A stretch of DNA of 64,000 bases, taken from Patescibacteria group bacterium. GTDB taxonomy: Bacteria; Patescibacteriota; Patescibacteriia; Patescibacteriales; UBA12465. The translations under genes were made by a program, and so were the position numbers. Every line of letters begins with the position of its first letter. Positions within the stretch are counted from its first letter, which is position 1. Below, piece after piece: positions 36,757 through 47,413 of the stretch. The notes beneath the pieces were generated by a model. The model saw only the letters and a list, made by a program, of their open reading frames with translations. It made no database searches and had not been told where the DNA came from. The stretch is from the NCBI GenBank assembly GCA_049317985.1, contig JBMOHF010000003.1, forward strand, positions 22,350-86,349, given 5' to 3'.

Positions 36757-39700
36757 TTATTCTGCAAGCTTTTCAGGTTCTTCGATATTTTCTAATTCAG
36801 TTAAAGTTTCGAGACCTTCAGCATCTACAATAATTTCTGGCGCATCAATAATAAATTTATCGTCTTTTGGTTTTCCTTTTTCTTCAGCCGCAAAAACTTC
36901 AGCTGGTGTTTCCTTTGGTACTTCAAGAACTTCATTATTCCCCAAAAGCTCAACATCCAAACATAAACCTTTTAATTCGCGAATCAAAACGTTAAAAGAT
37001 TCTGGAACATTTAATTTTTCAATTTCCTCGCCCTTAATAATCGCTTCGTAAGCTTTGCTACGGCCAGGAACGTCGTCGGACTTAATTGTTAAAATTTCCT
37101 GTAAAGTATGAGCAGCACCGTATCCTTCCAAAGCCCAAACTTCCATTTCTCCAAAACGCTGACCACCAAATTGCGCTTTACCACCCAAAGGCTGTTGAGT
37201 AATAAGTGAGTAAGGACCAATTGAGCGTTGGTGAATTTTATCTTCAACCATATGGTTGAGTTTCAAAACATATTTATACCCAACCGTAATCTTATGATCA
37301 TAAGGATCACCAGTCTTTCCGTCGTATAACATAACCTTTCCATCTTCTGGAAGCCCTGCTTTTTTGAGTTCTTCCCTAATCTGATCTTCGGAAATTCCAT
37401 TTAAGGCTGGTGTCGCAATGCGATAACCAAGTTTTTTTGCTGCAAAACCAAGATGAGTTTCAAGTAACTGACCAAGATTCATACGAGAAATAATACCAAG
37501 AGGTGAAAGGATGATGTCGATTGGCGTTCCATCTTCCAAGTATGGCATATCCTCAACTGGAACAATCTTAGAGATAACTCCTTTATTTCCATGACGGCCA
37601 GACATTTTATCACCAACTTGAATCTTGCGAAGGTTAGCAACGGAAATTTGAATAGATTTCAAAACGCCAGCGGACAATTTGTCGCCGTCTTCGCGAGAGA
37701 ATAATTTGATATCTACTACTTTTCCGTGTTCACCATGTTCAAGGTAAAGTGAAGAGTCACGAACATCTTTGGCTTTATCACCAAAAATAGCGCGTAATAA
37801 TTTTTCTTCAGCGGACAAAGTGGTCTCACCTTTTGGAGTAATTTTACCAACTAAAATATCGCCAGAAGAAACTTCGGCGCCAATTCTGATAATACCCTCT
37901 TCATCAAGATTCTTTAATTTTTCTTCACTGATGTTTGGAATATCGTTCGTTATCATCTCTGGACCAAGCTTGGTGTCACGAACATCAATTGTGTAGTTTT
38001 CGATATGAATTGAGGAATAGGTATCTTTGCGAACTAAATTTTCGGAAATAATCACCGCATCTTCGTAGTTGTATCCTTCCCAAGTCATGAAAGCAACGAG
38101 AACGTTTCGTCCCAAGGACAATTCTCCGTTATCAATACAAGGACCATCCGACAAAACATCGCCTTTTTTGACTTTATCACCAACATTAATAGTTGGATGT
38201 TGATTAATACATGTTGAGGAGTTGGAACGTAAAAATTTATTTAAATTATAACGAGTAACCTGGCCCTTCTTACTAACAGTTTCGATACAGGCAGAATCAA
38301 CACGAGTGGCATCGCCATCTTCAGTGGCAATCACAACGTGTCCGCTATCACGAGCGGCACGAGCTTCAACACCGGTACCAACAACTGGGGATTCGGCCTT
38401 CACCAAAGGCACAGCCTGACGTTGCATGTTAGTACCCATCAAAGATCTCTGTCCATCGTTATGTTCCATGAAAGGAATTAAACTCGTGGCGATCGAGATA
38501 ATCTGATTTGCCGCAACGCCAACAAAGTTGATTTTAGTGGTTTCTTCCGTTGCTGGTTGGCCAAACTTTCTCACTTGGAATTTATTTACCAAAATCTTGC
38601 CAGTCTCATCCATTGGGATTGTGGCATCGGCGGTAATAAATTTCTCTTCTTCAAAAGCGTCAATGTATAAAATTTCATTTGTTACTCGACTACCAGTTTT
38701 TTCATGAACAACTTTTCGGTAAGGAGTTTCCAAGAAACCGTAACTATTTAAGCGAGCAAAACTTGCCAAATGACCAACTAAACCAATATTTGGACCTTCT
38801 GGGGTGGCAATTGGGCAGATTCTGCCGTAGTGAGTTGTGTGCACATCACGAACATCAAAACCAGCACGTTCACGAGTTAAACCGCCTGGACCCATCGCAC
38901 TCAAGCGACGTTTGTGTTCAAGTTCAGCTAATGGGTTGGTTTGATCCATGAATTGAGAAAGCTGGGAAGACATAAAGAATTCCTTCACTACCCCAATCAC
39001 TGGACGAGCGTTGATTAATTTTGTTGGAGTGATACTAGCAATATCAGAAGTGGACATTCGATCTTTCACGATACGTTCCATTCTAGCCAAACCAACACGA
39101 AAACGATTTTGAATCAATCCGCCAATTGCCCGAACGCGACGATTACCCAAATGGTCGATATCATCTTCTAATTCCTTAGTGATGTTTAGGCGGATCACTT
39201 CCTTAATGATCAGAACGAGATCTTCTTTTCGTAAAACCCGATTTTCTTTTTTATTTGGTAAATCTAATTCGAAACGACGATTTAATTTGTAGCGACCAAC
39301 GCGACCAAAATCATAACGATCAAAACGACAGAACATTGACTGGATTAATTGGCGGGCGTTTTCGGTTGAAGCAAGATCACCCGGACGGATTCTTTTGTAC
39401 ACTTCCTGTAAACCTTCTTCTTCGGTTTTAGCAGCATCTTTTTCAATTGTTGCTTCAAGAAAGCCAATTTCATCTGGAGTTTTCTTTAAATCGACATCTT
39501 TAAATAACCCAATCAACTCTTCATCAGTAACATAACCGAAAGCACGCAACAAAGATGTTACGGCAACTTTTCTCTTGCGATCAATTCGGACCCAAAGAAC
39601 TTTATTTTGGTCACTCTCAATTTCTAGCCAAGCACCACGGTTTGGAATAATTTTTGCACCATAGCATTTTTTTCCTTTTACGAACTCGGCAGTAAACATT

Positions 39701-40137
39701 ACTCCGGCGCTTCGAATAAGTTGAGAAACGATAACGCGTTCGATACCATTAATGATAAAAGTCCCTTTATCAGTCATGATTGGGAAATCGCCAAGAAACA
39801 CTTCCTGGGAAACAGTCTGATTAGTTTTTTTATTTAGTAAACGAGTCTTCACACGAAGCGGTGCTTCGTAAGTAATATTTTTTTCACGACTCTCTATTTC
39901 GTTGAATTTTGGTTCATCGAGATAATAATCTTCTAGATATAATTCCAAGTCGCGACCGATAAAGTCAGCAATTGGATTAATTTCATCAAAAAGTTCAGCC
40001 AAGCCCTCTTCCAAGAACCAACGATAAGAGTCTTTCTGAATTTCTATCAGGTCGGGCATCGCCATCACCTCTTCGTGGTCGGTAAAAAATTTCCGACTCT
40101 CCTGTTTTTTTTCGGTTTGTGTGTTGGCCTGAGACAT
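36757..40137 (-). CDS. rpoB: DNA-directed RNA polymerase subunit beta
   Basis: 1126 aa. Rif-cluster region [19 protein letters not shown] and [12 protein letters not shown]. Acidic C-terminal tail of about 60 aa. Confidence 0.97.
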   Translation of the reverse strand: MSQANTQTEKKQESRKFFTDHEEVMAMPDLIEIQKDSYRWFLEEGLAELFDEINPIADFIGRDLELYLEDYYLDEPKFNEIESREKNITYEAPLRVKTRLLNKKTNQTVSQEVFLGDFPIMTDKGTFIINGIERVIVSQLIRSAGVMFTAEFVKGKKCYGAKIIPNRGAWLEIESDQNKVLWVRIDRKRKVAVTSLLRAFGYVTDEELIGLFKDVDLKKTPDEIGFLEATIEKDAAKTEEEGLQEVYKRIRPGDLASTENARQLIQSMFCRFDRYDFGRVGRYKLNRRFELDLPNKKENRVLRKEDLVLIIKEVIRLNITKELEDDIDHLGNRRVRAIGGLIQNRFRVGLARMERIVKDRMSTSDIASITPTKLINARPVIGVVKEFFMSSQLSQFMDQTNPLAELEHKRRLSAMGPGGLTRERAGFDVRDVHTTHYGRICPIATPEGPNIGLVGHLASFARLNSYGFLETPYRKVVHEKTGSRVTNEILYIDAFEEEKFITADATIPMDETGKILVNKFQVRKFGQPATEETTKINFVGVAANQIISIATSLIPFMEHNDGQRSLMGTNMQRQAVPLVKAESPVVGTGVEARAARDSGHVVIATEDGDATRVDSACIETVSKKGQVTRYNLNKFLRSNSSTCINQHPTINVGDKVKKGDVLSDGPCIDNGELSLGRNVLVAFMTWEGYNYEDAVIISENLVRKDTYSSIHIENYTIDVRDTKLGPEMITNDIPNISEEKLKNLDEEGIIRIGAEVSSGDILVGKITPKGETTLSAEEKLLRAIFGDKAKDVRDSSLYLEHGEHGKVVDIKLFSREDGDKLSAGVLKSIQISVANLRKIQVGDKMSGRHGNKGVISKIVPVEDMPYLEDGTPIDIILSPLGIISRMNLGQLLETHLGFAAKKLGYRIATPALNGISEDQIREELKKAGLPEDGKVMLYDGKTGDPYDHKITVGYKYVLKLNHMVEDKIHQRSIGPYSLITQQPLGGKAQFGGQRFGEMEVWALEGYGAAHTLQEILTIKSDDVPGRSKAYEAIIKGEEIEKLNVPESFNVLIRELKGLCLDVELLGNNEVLEVPKETPAEVFAAEEKGKPKDDKFIIDAPEIIVDAEGLETLTELENIEEPEKLAE

Positions 40138-40218
40138 AAATTTATTTAAAAAAATTTATAAACTATTTAAAATTTGTGGTCCGCCGAAGCGGTGAACGTG
40201 AACTAACCCCTTATCAAC

Positions 40219-40247
40219 AAAAAAATCTCAAAGCCGATCGGTTTGAG
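40219..40247 (-). terminator. Intrinsic terminator between murE and rpoB
   Basis: Minus strand ctcaaaccgatcggctttgag hairpin followed by attttttt. Confidence 0.5.
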
Positions 40248-40438
40248 TTAACGATATCCTAAATTATGATTTTTTTTGAGTAATCACGGAGCGAAAGCCG
40301 CCCAAAAAAGATAAAAAACCTGTGTGCACATGGCCTTTATTTTTTACAGGGTGGGAATATATTCTTTCCTAAATTGTCTTGATTCTTATAATATAAAATT
40401 ATTTATGTTTTGTCAACACAAAGTTTATCCACAAATTA

Positions 40439-41902
40439 TCAACCGACCAAAAAACCAAGCTCTTCGCGAGCCACGAGCCGATCGTCCCAAGGAATTTTCT
40501 CACCATTTTTGGAGCAAATAAACTGTTCACCACCCTTCCCGGTGATTAACACTAAGTCGCCTTCTCGAGCTTCCTCAAAAGCCCGATGAATAGCTTCCCG
40601 CCTATCGACAATTTTTAGCAAATTTTCGCCAAGAATCTTACCAGACTCTTCCGCGCCAGAAGCTACGGCATCAATAATTTCTTGTGGGTCATCATCGTAG
40701 GGGTCTTCGTTGGTGACAATCACTAATTCTGCTCTACTCCCGGCAATCTTGCCAAGTATTGGCCGCCGAGCTGAATCTCTTCCGCCACCAGCTGAACCAA
40801 GGACATGAATTGTTCTTTTGTGAATAACTAAAGCCATTGTTTCATATAATTTCTCTAAAGCTCGAGGTTCAAAAGCATAATCGACCAAAACGGTAAAATT
40901 CTGGCCAACGTCGATTCTTTCCATTTTACCAACTAAGCCAGATACCTCCTCTAAACCTACCTGCGCTTTTTCAAGCGGTAAATCTATCCCGGCACAAATA
41001 GCAAGAACTGCAGCTGCGTTTTGGGCGTTAAAAACACCGAGTAATTTTAAATTAACCTCCTTTAGTGGTTGCTCTTCGATTTTAAAATCTTTTTGATAAG
41101 CTGCTCGGATAAGAGGAAAAAAAGAAAATGAAGTACCTGCCGCTGAAGTTTCTACATTATTATAATAAAACAATTCCAAATCCTGGTTAATTGCTTCAGA
41201 AAATGCCTTGGCGCCTTCGCCACCAGGTTGACCACTTAAAAACGCGATCTTCCTTTCACTCCAAAAATTTGCAAAATATGGTGCATTTTCATCATCGCCA
41301 TTAACGATAATCGTTTTTTTTACGCGATTTAGACCTAGTTTCTGCAATTCAGTTTTTGGCTTAACAATTTTCTTTTGGTCATTAATGTATTTTGTACGAC
41401 AAAAAGATAAATGCCCGAAAAGACGCCCCTTGGCAATCTTATAATTCTCAAAGTTGCCATGAGATTCTAGATGTTCAGGATATAAACCCGTGAACACCAA
41501 GATATCAAAATTAATAAAGCGGTGGCGAAATTGGCGAATTCCCTCAGAAGTACTTTCAATAATTGCAAACTCACAACCATTTTTGGTCATTGTGCGAATC
41601 ATTCGCTGAGTAAAAAATCGACCAACCATTGTCATTTTCTTGTCATTCAGCCATTCTTTTTCTCCATCAGAGAACATTGCAGTTGAGGTGTAGCCAACTT
41701 TATAACCCATGGATCGCAACGCGCGCGCCAACAGATAAACTGTTGAGGTCTTTCCGGTTGTACCAGTAACGCCAATCACTATCAAGCGATCAGAAGGAAA
41801 CCCGTGGAATAAAACGGCCGCAAAGCTCAAGATAAAATGATAAATTGGCTGGAGGGTGCGAAATAACTGGCGAGGAATTATTTTTTTTATTTTACTTAGC
41901 AT
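40439..41902 (-). CDS. murE: UDP-N-acetylmuramoyl-L-alanyl-D-glutamate--diamino acid ligase (MurE-type Mur ligase)
   Basis: ORF trimmed to ATG at 41902. P-loop GVTGTTGKTST. TNEDPYDDDP sits at the position of the MurE DNPR motif. Confidence 0.8.
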   Translation of the reverse strand: MLSKIKKIIPRQLFRTLQPIYHFILSFAAVLFHGFPSDRLIVIGVTGTTGKTSTVYLLARALRSMGYKVGYTSTAMFSDGEKEWLNDKKMTMVGRFFTQRMIRTMTKNGCEFAIIESTSEGIRQFRHRFINFDILVFTGLYPEHLESHGNFENYKIAKGRLFGHLSFCRTKYINDQKKIVKPKTELQKLGLNRVKKTIIVNGDDENAPYFANFWSERKIAFLSGQPGGEGAKAFSEAINQDLELFYYNNVETSAAGTSFSFFPLIRAAYQKDFKIEEQPLKEVNLKLLGVFNAQNAAAVLAICAGIDLPLEKAQVGLEEVSGLVGKMERIDVGQNFTVLVDYAFEPRALEKLYETMALVIHKRTIHVLGSAGGGRDSARRPILGKIAGSRAELVIVTNEDPYDDDPQEIIDAVASGAEESGKILGENLLKIVDRREAIHRAFEEAREGDLVLITGKGGEQFICSKNGEKIPWDDRLVAREELGFLVG

Positions 41903-42015
41903 ATTGAATAATTCTAGCGCTAAAGGTTGAAAAATGCAAAATATTAGCAAAGACTTGTTATTGACAAAATATTAAATAAATTATAATCTAAGCTTAACAA
42001 CAAAAAAATTTCGAA

Positions 42016-42651
42016 ATGGAATTAGTTCAGTTTTTTAATAACTCAGTAGAGGCCAAAAACTTCGGTCTCAACACAATAACAATTAGCGCTTTAATAACGC
42101 TAATTCTTAGCACCTACCAAATGTGGGGAGTGACAAAGCAAATCGCGACCATAAGAAGAGAAAGATCAACTGAATCAATCTCAATACCACTTATCATTTT
42201 CGCCTTCTTCTATTTAATTGCGACTGTGATGTACGGAATATACACCTCAAAATTATCGATAATATACAACGGTAGTAATTTTTTATTTTTCTTAGTTGTC
42301 CTGATTAATATTTGGCGCATTAAGAAATTTGCCATTAGTGATTTTTTATATTTATTACTATTTTCTTTATTGATCCTAGAGATGATAATTAATCCTAATA
42401 AAAAATTGGCATATATGATGTGCGCCTCGATTATGTTAATAGGGATGATATCTCAATTAATTCTACTAATTAAAAACGAAAAAAGCGGTGCGCTAGAGCC
42501 AAAGTTAATCAACGTTTATATTGTCACAAATTCATCTTGGTTAATCTATGGAATAATAACAAATGATTGGGTGCTACAACTATCGAACGCGATCTCGGTC
42601 ACAATAGTAATATCGATTGCAATTCTACTAAAACGTTACAAAGGCAGATAA
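42016..42651 (+). CDS. Polytopic membrane protein of unknown function
   Basis: 211 aa, 6-7 hydrophobic helices. No diagnostic motif recognised. Confidence 0.6.
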   Translation: MELVQFFNNSVEAKNFGLNTITISALITLILSTYQMWGVTKQIATIRRERSTESISIPLIIFAFFYLIATVMYGIYTSKLSIIYNGSNFLFFLVVLINIWRIKKFAISDFLYLLLFSLLILEMIINPNKKLAYMMCASIMLIGMISQLILLIKNEKSGALEPKLINVYIVTNSSWLIYGIITNDWVLQLSNAISVTIVISIAILLKRYKGR

Positions 42652-42671
42652 ACATACAAATCTGTCTTTTT
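42643..42671 (+). terminator. Intrinsic terminator overlapping the stop codon of 42016..42651
   Basis: ggcagat / atctgtc hairpin followed by ttttt. Confidence 0.6.
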
Positions 42672-42675
42672 TATT

Positions 42676-42705
42676 TAAAAAAGACCCTTCTCTCAGAGGG
42701 TCTTT
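42676..42705. terminator. Bidirectional intrinsic terminator (serves ftsK on minus strand)
   Basis: aagaccct / agggtctt hairpin with flanking A-run and T-run. Confidence 0.7.
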
Positions 42706-42719
42706 TCATTTGGTTGTGA

Positions 42720-45263
42720 TTAGTGAGAAAAATAATCTTCCTCATCATCAAGCGCTGGTTTTTTTTCTTTTTTTACCTCAACTGTCTCTTCCTGTCTATT
42801 TTCTTCTGAGTCATGAATATTTTCAAGCATTTCTTCTTCGTATTCTTCAGCGCTCGTTGGCTCGTCCTCCAGGGCAGATATCTCCTCTTCGGTGGTAAAC
42901 ATCCCTGTTGTTGGTTCTTCTATTTCTTCAACTCCGGGGTTTTCATCTTCCTCTGGCTCACTACTGTGGCCGAAATCTAAAACGCCATCATCCCCTTCAT
43001 CATCACCCAAATAATGTTCTGGGGCAACAGAATTTACACGGCTATGAACTGGTGAAACAGGGATTCCTGCTTCGTAATCATCTTTACTTACCAAAATCTC
43101 TCGGGGCTTCGATCCGTTCGATGGACCAATCATTCCATTTTCTTCCATCATATCCAAAATTTTTGCTGCCCGGCCGTAACCAATACTCAGACGACGTTGC
43201 AACAGTGAAGTGGAAGCTTTGCCAGCCTTAATCACAATTTCTTTTGCCTCTTCCATCAAATCATCTTCATCTCCATAACTACCATCCATTCCGACCCCAG
43301 CAACTCCGCCAACCTTTTGTCTTTCTGTGACACCATCCAAATAGTCAACCTGACCACTCTTCTCTTTAATATAATTAATAATGTCTTTAATTTCTTCATC
43401 GCTGACATAAGCACCTTGAATACGTTTTGGCTTGGAAAGCTCTGGAGTTGTCAGAAGCATGTCTCCTTGTCCCAATAATTTCTCCGCACCTGAAATATCT
43501 AAAATTGTTTTTGAATCAACTAACGATGTAACCGCGAAGGCAATACGGGCTGGAATATTTGCTTTAATCAGACCAGTAATAACATCCACACTAGGGCGTT
43601 GGGTGGCGAGAATTAAATGAATACCAACCGCTCGAGACATTTGAGCTAAACGAATAATTGCCGCTTCCATATCTTTACCGGCAGTCATCATAAAATCTGC
43701 CAACTCATCAATTACAAAAACAATGTAAGGCATCTTTTCTTTGCCGTCGATATTATAGCTCGCAATATTCTTTTTTCCAGATGCGTTCAGAATATCATAA
43801 CGACGGTTCATCTCGTTGAGACACCACTTCAAAGCATTAATGGTTTTCCCGACCTCAGTGATTACCGGAACCAATAGATGTGGAATACCATTATAGATCG
43901 GCAATTCAACGCGCTTTGGATCAACCATGATAAAACGCAAATCCTCGGGATTGTTTTGATAGAGCAAGGAAACGATAATCGTATTCAAACAAACAGATTT
44001 CCCTGAATTAGTTGCACCAGCAACCAACAAATGTGGCATTCGAGTGATATCATAAATCCAGGAAGTACCAGAAACATCTTTCCCCAAAGCAATCATTAAA
44101 TTATTTTTGCGATTACGGAAAACTTCATCATCCAAGATTTCACGCAAACCAACAAGCGCCTTAGCTTTATTTGGAACTTCTACGCCGATTAGTGATTGCC
44201 CCGGGATTGGTGCCTCAATACGAATTGGATGAGCAGCAAGTGCTAAAGATAAATCATTATTTAAGGTTGTGATCCTCGCAACCTTCACACCTTCGGCGGG
44301 TTTAAAAGTATATTGAGTGACTGTTGGGCCAACTTTTGTTTCACCCATTTCCACCATGATGCCAAAATTTTCTAAAGTATGTTTAATTTTCAAAGCACCA
44401 GCGGCGGTGTCACCACTAATTGCTTTTGTTACTTTATTGTTTAATAACTCCAGAGGAATATCAATCTTGATAGTCTTCTTTGGCCAAACAATTTTTTCTT
44501 GAGTTTTCTTTTCGACTTCCTTGAATTTCGCCGGAACAACTTCCTCTGGATCCTCAAAATCTTCTTCATGGTGAGTAGATACTTCTTTTTGTTGCCAGGC
44601 TGAAAGAATTTTTTTGCTCAACATACTGGCAGTCGCCTGGGCGCCACTTTCTAGTTCATCATTTTCACTGCCCTCGCTAATCTCTGGTTTGCCAGAAAAA
44701 GAGCGAAGAATTTTTGCCCAAACACTTTCCCGACCAATAATCTTTGCTAAAGAAGTATTAAAAACGATTACGATAGATAACAATAACAAACAACCAAGGA
44801 CTAAAACTCCACCCCAAAATCCAAATAAATAAAAAAATAACCGAGATAGTTCGAAGCCAAGATAACCGCCACCCGATCCAGCGGCTGCTTTTACTTCCCA
44901 AGTTAATGGGTTATATAAAAAATGGAAAAGAGTTTGAATGGAGACAAATAAAAGAAAGAGTCCGAGATAGTCATTAAATCTAATTTGATATTTTTTGGCG
45001 AGAGAAAGCAGTCCACCCCAGGCTAAAAAGAATAGTGGCACCAACCAGCGGCCGAAGCCAAACCCCAAGCTAAGCCAGTGAGCAAAAAACTGACCAAACT
45101 TGCCCGACAAATCAAAAAGACCCAACAAGCTTAGTAGGCCGAAAGCAAATATTGCCAAGATTAGAATACTTTTTCTGGCACGCTCTCCCAATTCTAAACC
45201 TGGTGCCGAAACATGCTCCAACGGCTCTTTTTCTTGGGATTTTTTTGAATTTTTCTTACTCAT
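42720..45263 (-). CDS. ftsK: DNA translocase FtsK/SpoIIIE
   Basis: 847 aa. N-terminal TM helices. Walker A VAGATNSGKSV. Gamma-domain LLQRRLSIGYGRAAKILDMMEENG. Extra acidic tail of about 130 aa. Confidence 0.93.
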   Translation of the reverse strand: MSKKNSKKSQEKEPLEHVSAPGLELGERARKSILILAIFAFGLLSLLGLFDLSGKFGQFFAHWLSLGFGFGRWLVPLFFLAWGGLLSLAKKYQIRFNDYLGLFLLFVSIQTLFHFLYNPLTWEVKAAAGSGGGYLGFELSRLFFYLFGFWGGVLVLGCLLLLSIVIVFNTSLAKIIGRESVWAKILRSFSGKPEISEGSENDELESGAQATASMLSKKILSAWQQKEVSTHHEEDFEDPEEVVPAKFKEVEKKTQEKIVWPKKTIKIDIPLELLNNKVTKAISGDTAAGALKIKHTLENFGIMVEMGETKVGPTVTQYTFKPAEGVKVARITTLNNDLSLALAAHPIRIEAPIPGQSLIGVEVPNKAKALVGLREILDDEVFRNRKNNLMIALGKDVSGTSWIYDITRMPHLLVAGATNSGKSVCLNTIIVSLLYQNNPEDLRFIMVDPKRVELPIYNGIPHLLVPVITEVGKTINALKWCLNEMNRRYDILNASGKKNIASYNIDGKEKMPYIVFVIDELADFMMTAGKDMEAAIIRLAQMSRAVGIHLILATQRPSVDVITGLIKANIPARIAFAVTSLVDSKTILDISGAEKLLGQGDMLLTTPELSKPKRIQGAYVSDEEIKDIINYIKEKSGQVDYLDGVTERQKVGGVAGVGMDGSYGDEDDLMEEAKEIVIKAGKASTSLLQRRLSIGYGRAAKILDMMEENGMIGPSNGSKPREILVSKDDYEAGIPVSPVHSRVNSVAPEHYLGDDEGDDGVLDFGHSSEPEEDENPGVEEIEEPTTGMFTTEEEISALEDEPTSAEEYEEEMLENIHDSEENRQEETVEVKKEKKPALDDEEDYFSH

Positions 45264-45327
45264 ATCAAAATTATAGCAGTTAGTTCGGAATAAAAAAAGA
45301 AGGACAAAAACGTGTTCAGGAAACAGA

Positions 45328-46335
45328 TTAATTTATTTCTATATCAATAAAGACTATTTCCGGAAAACGATCTTTAATTTTCTTTTCAATTTCATCAATT
45401 TTCTTGCCCACCAAACGCGGAACACGGTCCATATATTCGACGCAGAACTTTTTAAATTCTTCAGGATCACCTTGAACTTCTTTGTATTCATTAGCAATAA
45501 AATGATTGCGATCTAAATCCTTAATCATTGCCGACGCGTTAAATTCAACGTCACATTTCACAAGATATTTATCGGCATCAAACACGGCCGATTTAAACTC
45601 ATAAATTTTTTCAATTACCGGATCAGCCAACAAAATCGCTTTAACCTCCTGAGACATTTTTAAAGGGATGGATTTGGTGATTAAAAAATGTCTATTTTTG
45701 TTAATTAAAACAACCGCAACAATGCCAAGTAAGACACCAATGAGAATTGAACCAATGGCGTCCCAATAATGATTACCGGTGTAGCGAGTTAAAATAATAC
45801 CGGTACCAGCAATTAAGACACCCACGACTGCCAAGCCGTCCTCCATCACGACAGCTAAAGTAGTTGGATCAGCATCACGGTTAATAGTTTTCCATTTAGC
45901 GCGCGGAAAGTTCTTTTTTATCTCACGAACGGCTAACCAGAGAGTAAAAGATTCTATGATCAAAGAAACGGCTAAAATAACAATTGCCCAATTACTATAA
46001 TTAAAAACATGACCATTAACCAAAACATCAATCCCATGATAAACGGTGACACCGCAACCCAAAAAGAAAATACCGCAGGCAGAAATTAAAGCCCAAATAT
46101 AGCGCTCGCGACCATGACCATAAGGATGTTCGTCACTCGCCTTCTTTCGCGATCGCTGCAAACCAACAAATAAAAGAAATTGGTTTGAGGTGTCGGCAAA
46201 GCTATGGATGGCTTCGGAAAACATCGAACCTGAACCAGTAATTAAGAATCCGGCAAATTTTGCGAGAGTGACAATAAAGTTTCCGACAAATGCGGCAATG
46301 ACTGGCAAACGTCCGGTGTGATGGCTGTTCTTCAT
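45328..46335 (-). CDS. Cation diffusion facilitator family transporter
   Basis: 335 aa. FSEAIHSFADTSNQ motif in TM2, six TM helices, cytoplasmic C-terminal domain. Confidence 0.8.
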   Translation of the reverse strand: MKNSHHTGRLPVIAAFVGNFIVTLAKFAGFLITGSGSMFSEAIHSFADTSNQFLLFVGLQRSRKKASDEHPYGHGRERYIWALISACGIFFLGCGVTVYHGIDVLVNGHVFNYSNWAIVILAVSLIIESFTLWLAVREIKKNFPRAKWKTINRDADPTTLAVVMEDGLAVVGVLIAGTGIILTRYTGNHYWDAIGSILIGVLLGIVAVVLINKNRHFLITKSIPLKMSQEVKAILLADPVIEKIYEFKSAVFDADKYLVKCDVEFNASAMIKDLDRNHFIANEYKEVQGDPEEFKKFCVEYMDRVPRLVGKKIDEIEKKIKDRFPEIVFIDIEIN

Positions 46336-46346
46336 ATTAATATCTC

Positions 46347-47408
46347 TTAACTCTTATAATTAACCATCAAATCCTGAGCATGACGCCCAGTTTTTTGACG
46401 CTCGTGAATTGCTGCTAATAATTCTCTTCCATTCACTGGTGAAGCATGATGATTTAGAAACCAATAAACTGCCGTTCTTAAAGCCGTCCAATCATAATAA
46501 AGATTAATCCGCTCCTGTAAGTTTTCGTCAAGAACGCGCCCAGAGACCCGAAGATACTCCGTTAAAAAAAGCTTTTTCATTGTCCTGGCGAATTCCAAAT
46601 CTTCGACCTTACGAACAATTTTATATTCTATCTGTTGAATAAACGCCCCAATGTCACGAGCAAAATCAGCTGGAGAAAAATCGGTAAAATCAATTAAGCC
46701 AATTTTATTTTCACCAACTTTAATAATATTTTCTGGATGAGCATCGCCATGAATTAAAGATCTTTTATTTTGCTCGGGAAATAATTTTTCTTCGCGCCTA
46801 ACACATTCGGCATAAAAATCCACTAAATCTTCATATTCGCCATTCTTAAAACGTGATATGAGCTCGGAATAAATAAACTTCTCACCCGGGACAACTGTGG
46901 AAATCTTTTGGTTATCAACATTAAACTCAAAGCTAGGGTCAATTGGTATTTGATGGAGTCTAGCAAACATTCTTGCGGCACCTGAGATTAACGAAGCAAT
47001 CGCCACCTTGTCTCCCTTTTTTATATAGTGAAGGAGAGTCTGACCGGATAGGGCGCGATAAAACGTCGCTTGAAATTCCTCAATATAAAATAGCGGTCGA
47101 GGCAGCTTAACCTCTAAGTTTGGTAGATTTTTTGCCCAAAGATAATTTAAGGTATCTAAAACATTTTTTCGAGGTTCATTACTATGCGCCGAACAAACGA
47201 TTTGAATTTTTTTTTCTTCGGCCTTTTCATTTCTCCAAAACAAATCATAAGCGAAAACCACGTGATAAGTAGTGTCCCAAATCATCTTTTTATATGGGGT
47301 GATTTCTATTCTGTCGAATGTTTTTATTTGTGGATAAAAAGGAAGCACCTTATCAATAAATAAAGCCTTCACATAATCAATATCCAGTAAGCTATAAATC
47401 TTGTTCAT
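46347..47408 (-). CDS. Aminoglycoside-phosphotransferase-fold kinase (possible sugar/maltose kinase)
   Basis: Brenner/catalytic loop LIHGDAHPENII and IGLIDFTDF. The ATG at 47408 avoids a 31-nt overlap with the upstream gene (ORF track start 47444). Confidence 0.65.
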   Translation of the reverse strand: MNKIYSLLDIDYVKALFIDKVLPFYPQIKTFDRIEITPYKKMIWDTTYHVVFAYDLFWRNEKAEEKKIQIVCSAHSNEPRKNVLDTLNYLWAKNLPNLEVKLPRPLFYIEEFQATFYRALSGQTLLHYIKKGDKVAIASLISGAARMFARLHQIPIDPSFEFNVDNQKISTVVPGEKFIYSELISRFKNGEYEDLVDFYAECVRREEKLFPEQNKRSLIHGDAHPENIIKVGENKIGLIDFTDFSPADFARDIGAFIQQIEYKIVRKVEDLEFARTMKKLFLTEYLRVSGRVLDENLQERINLYYDWTALRTAVYWFLNHHASPVNGRELLAAIHERQKTGRHAQDLMVNYKS

Positions 47409-47413
47409 AAATT

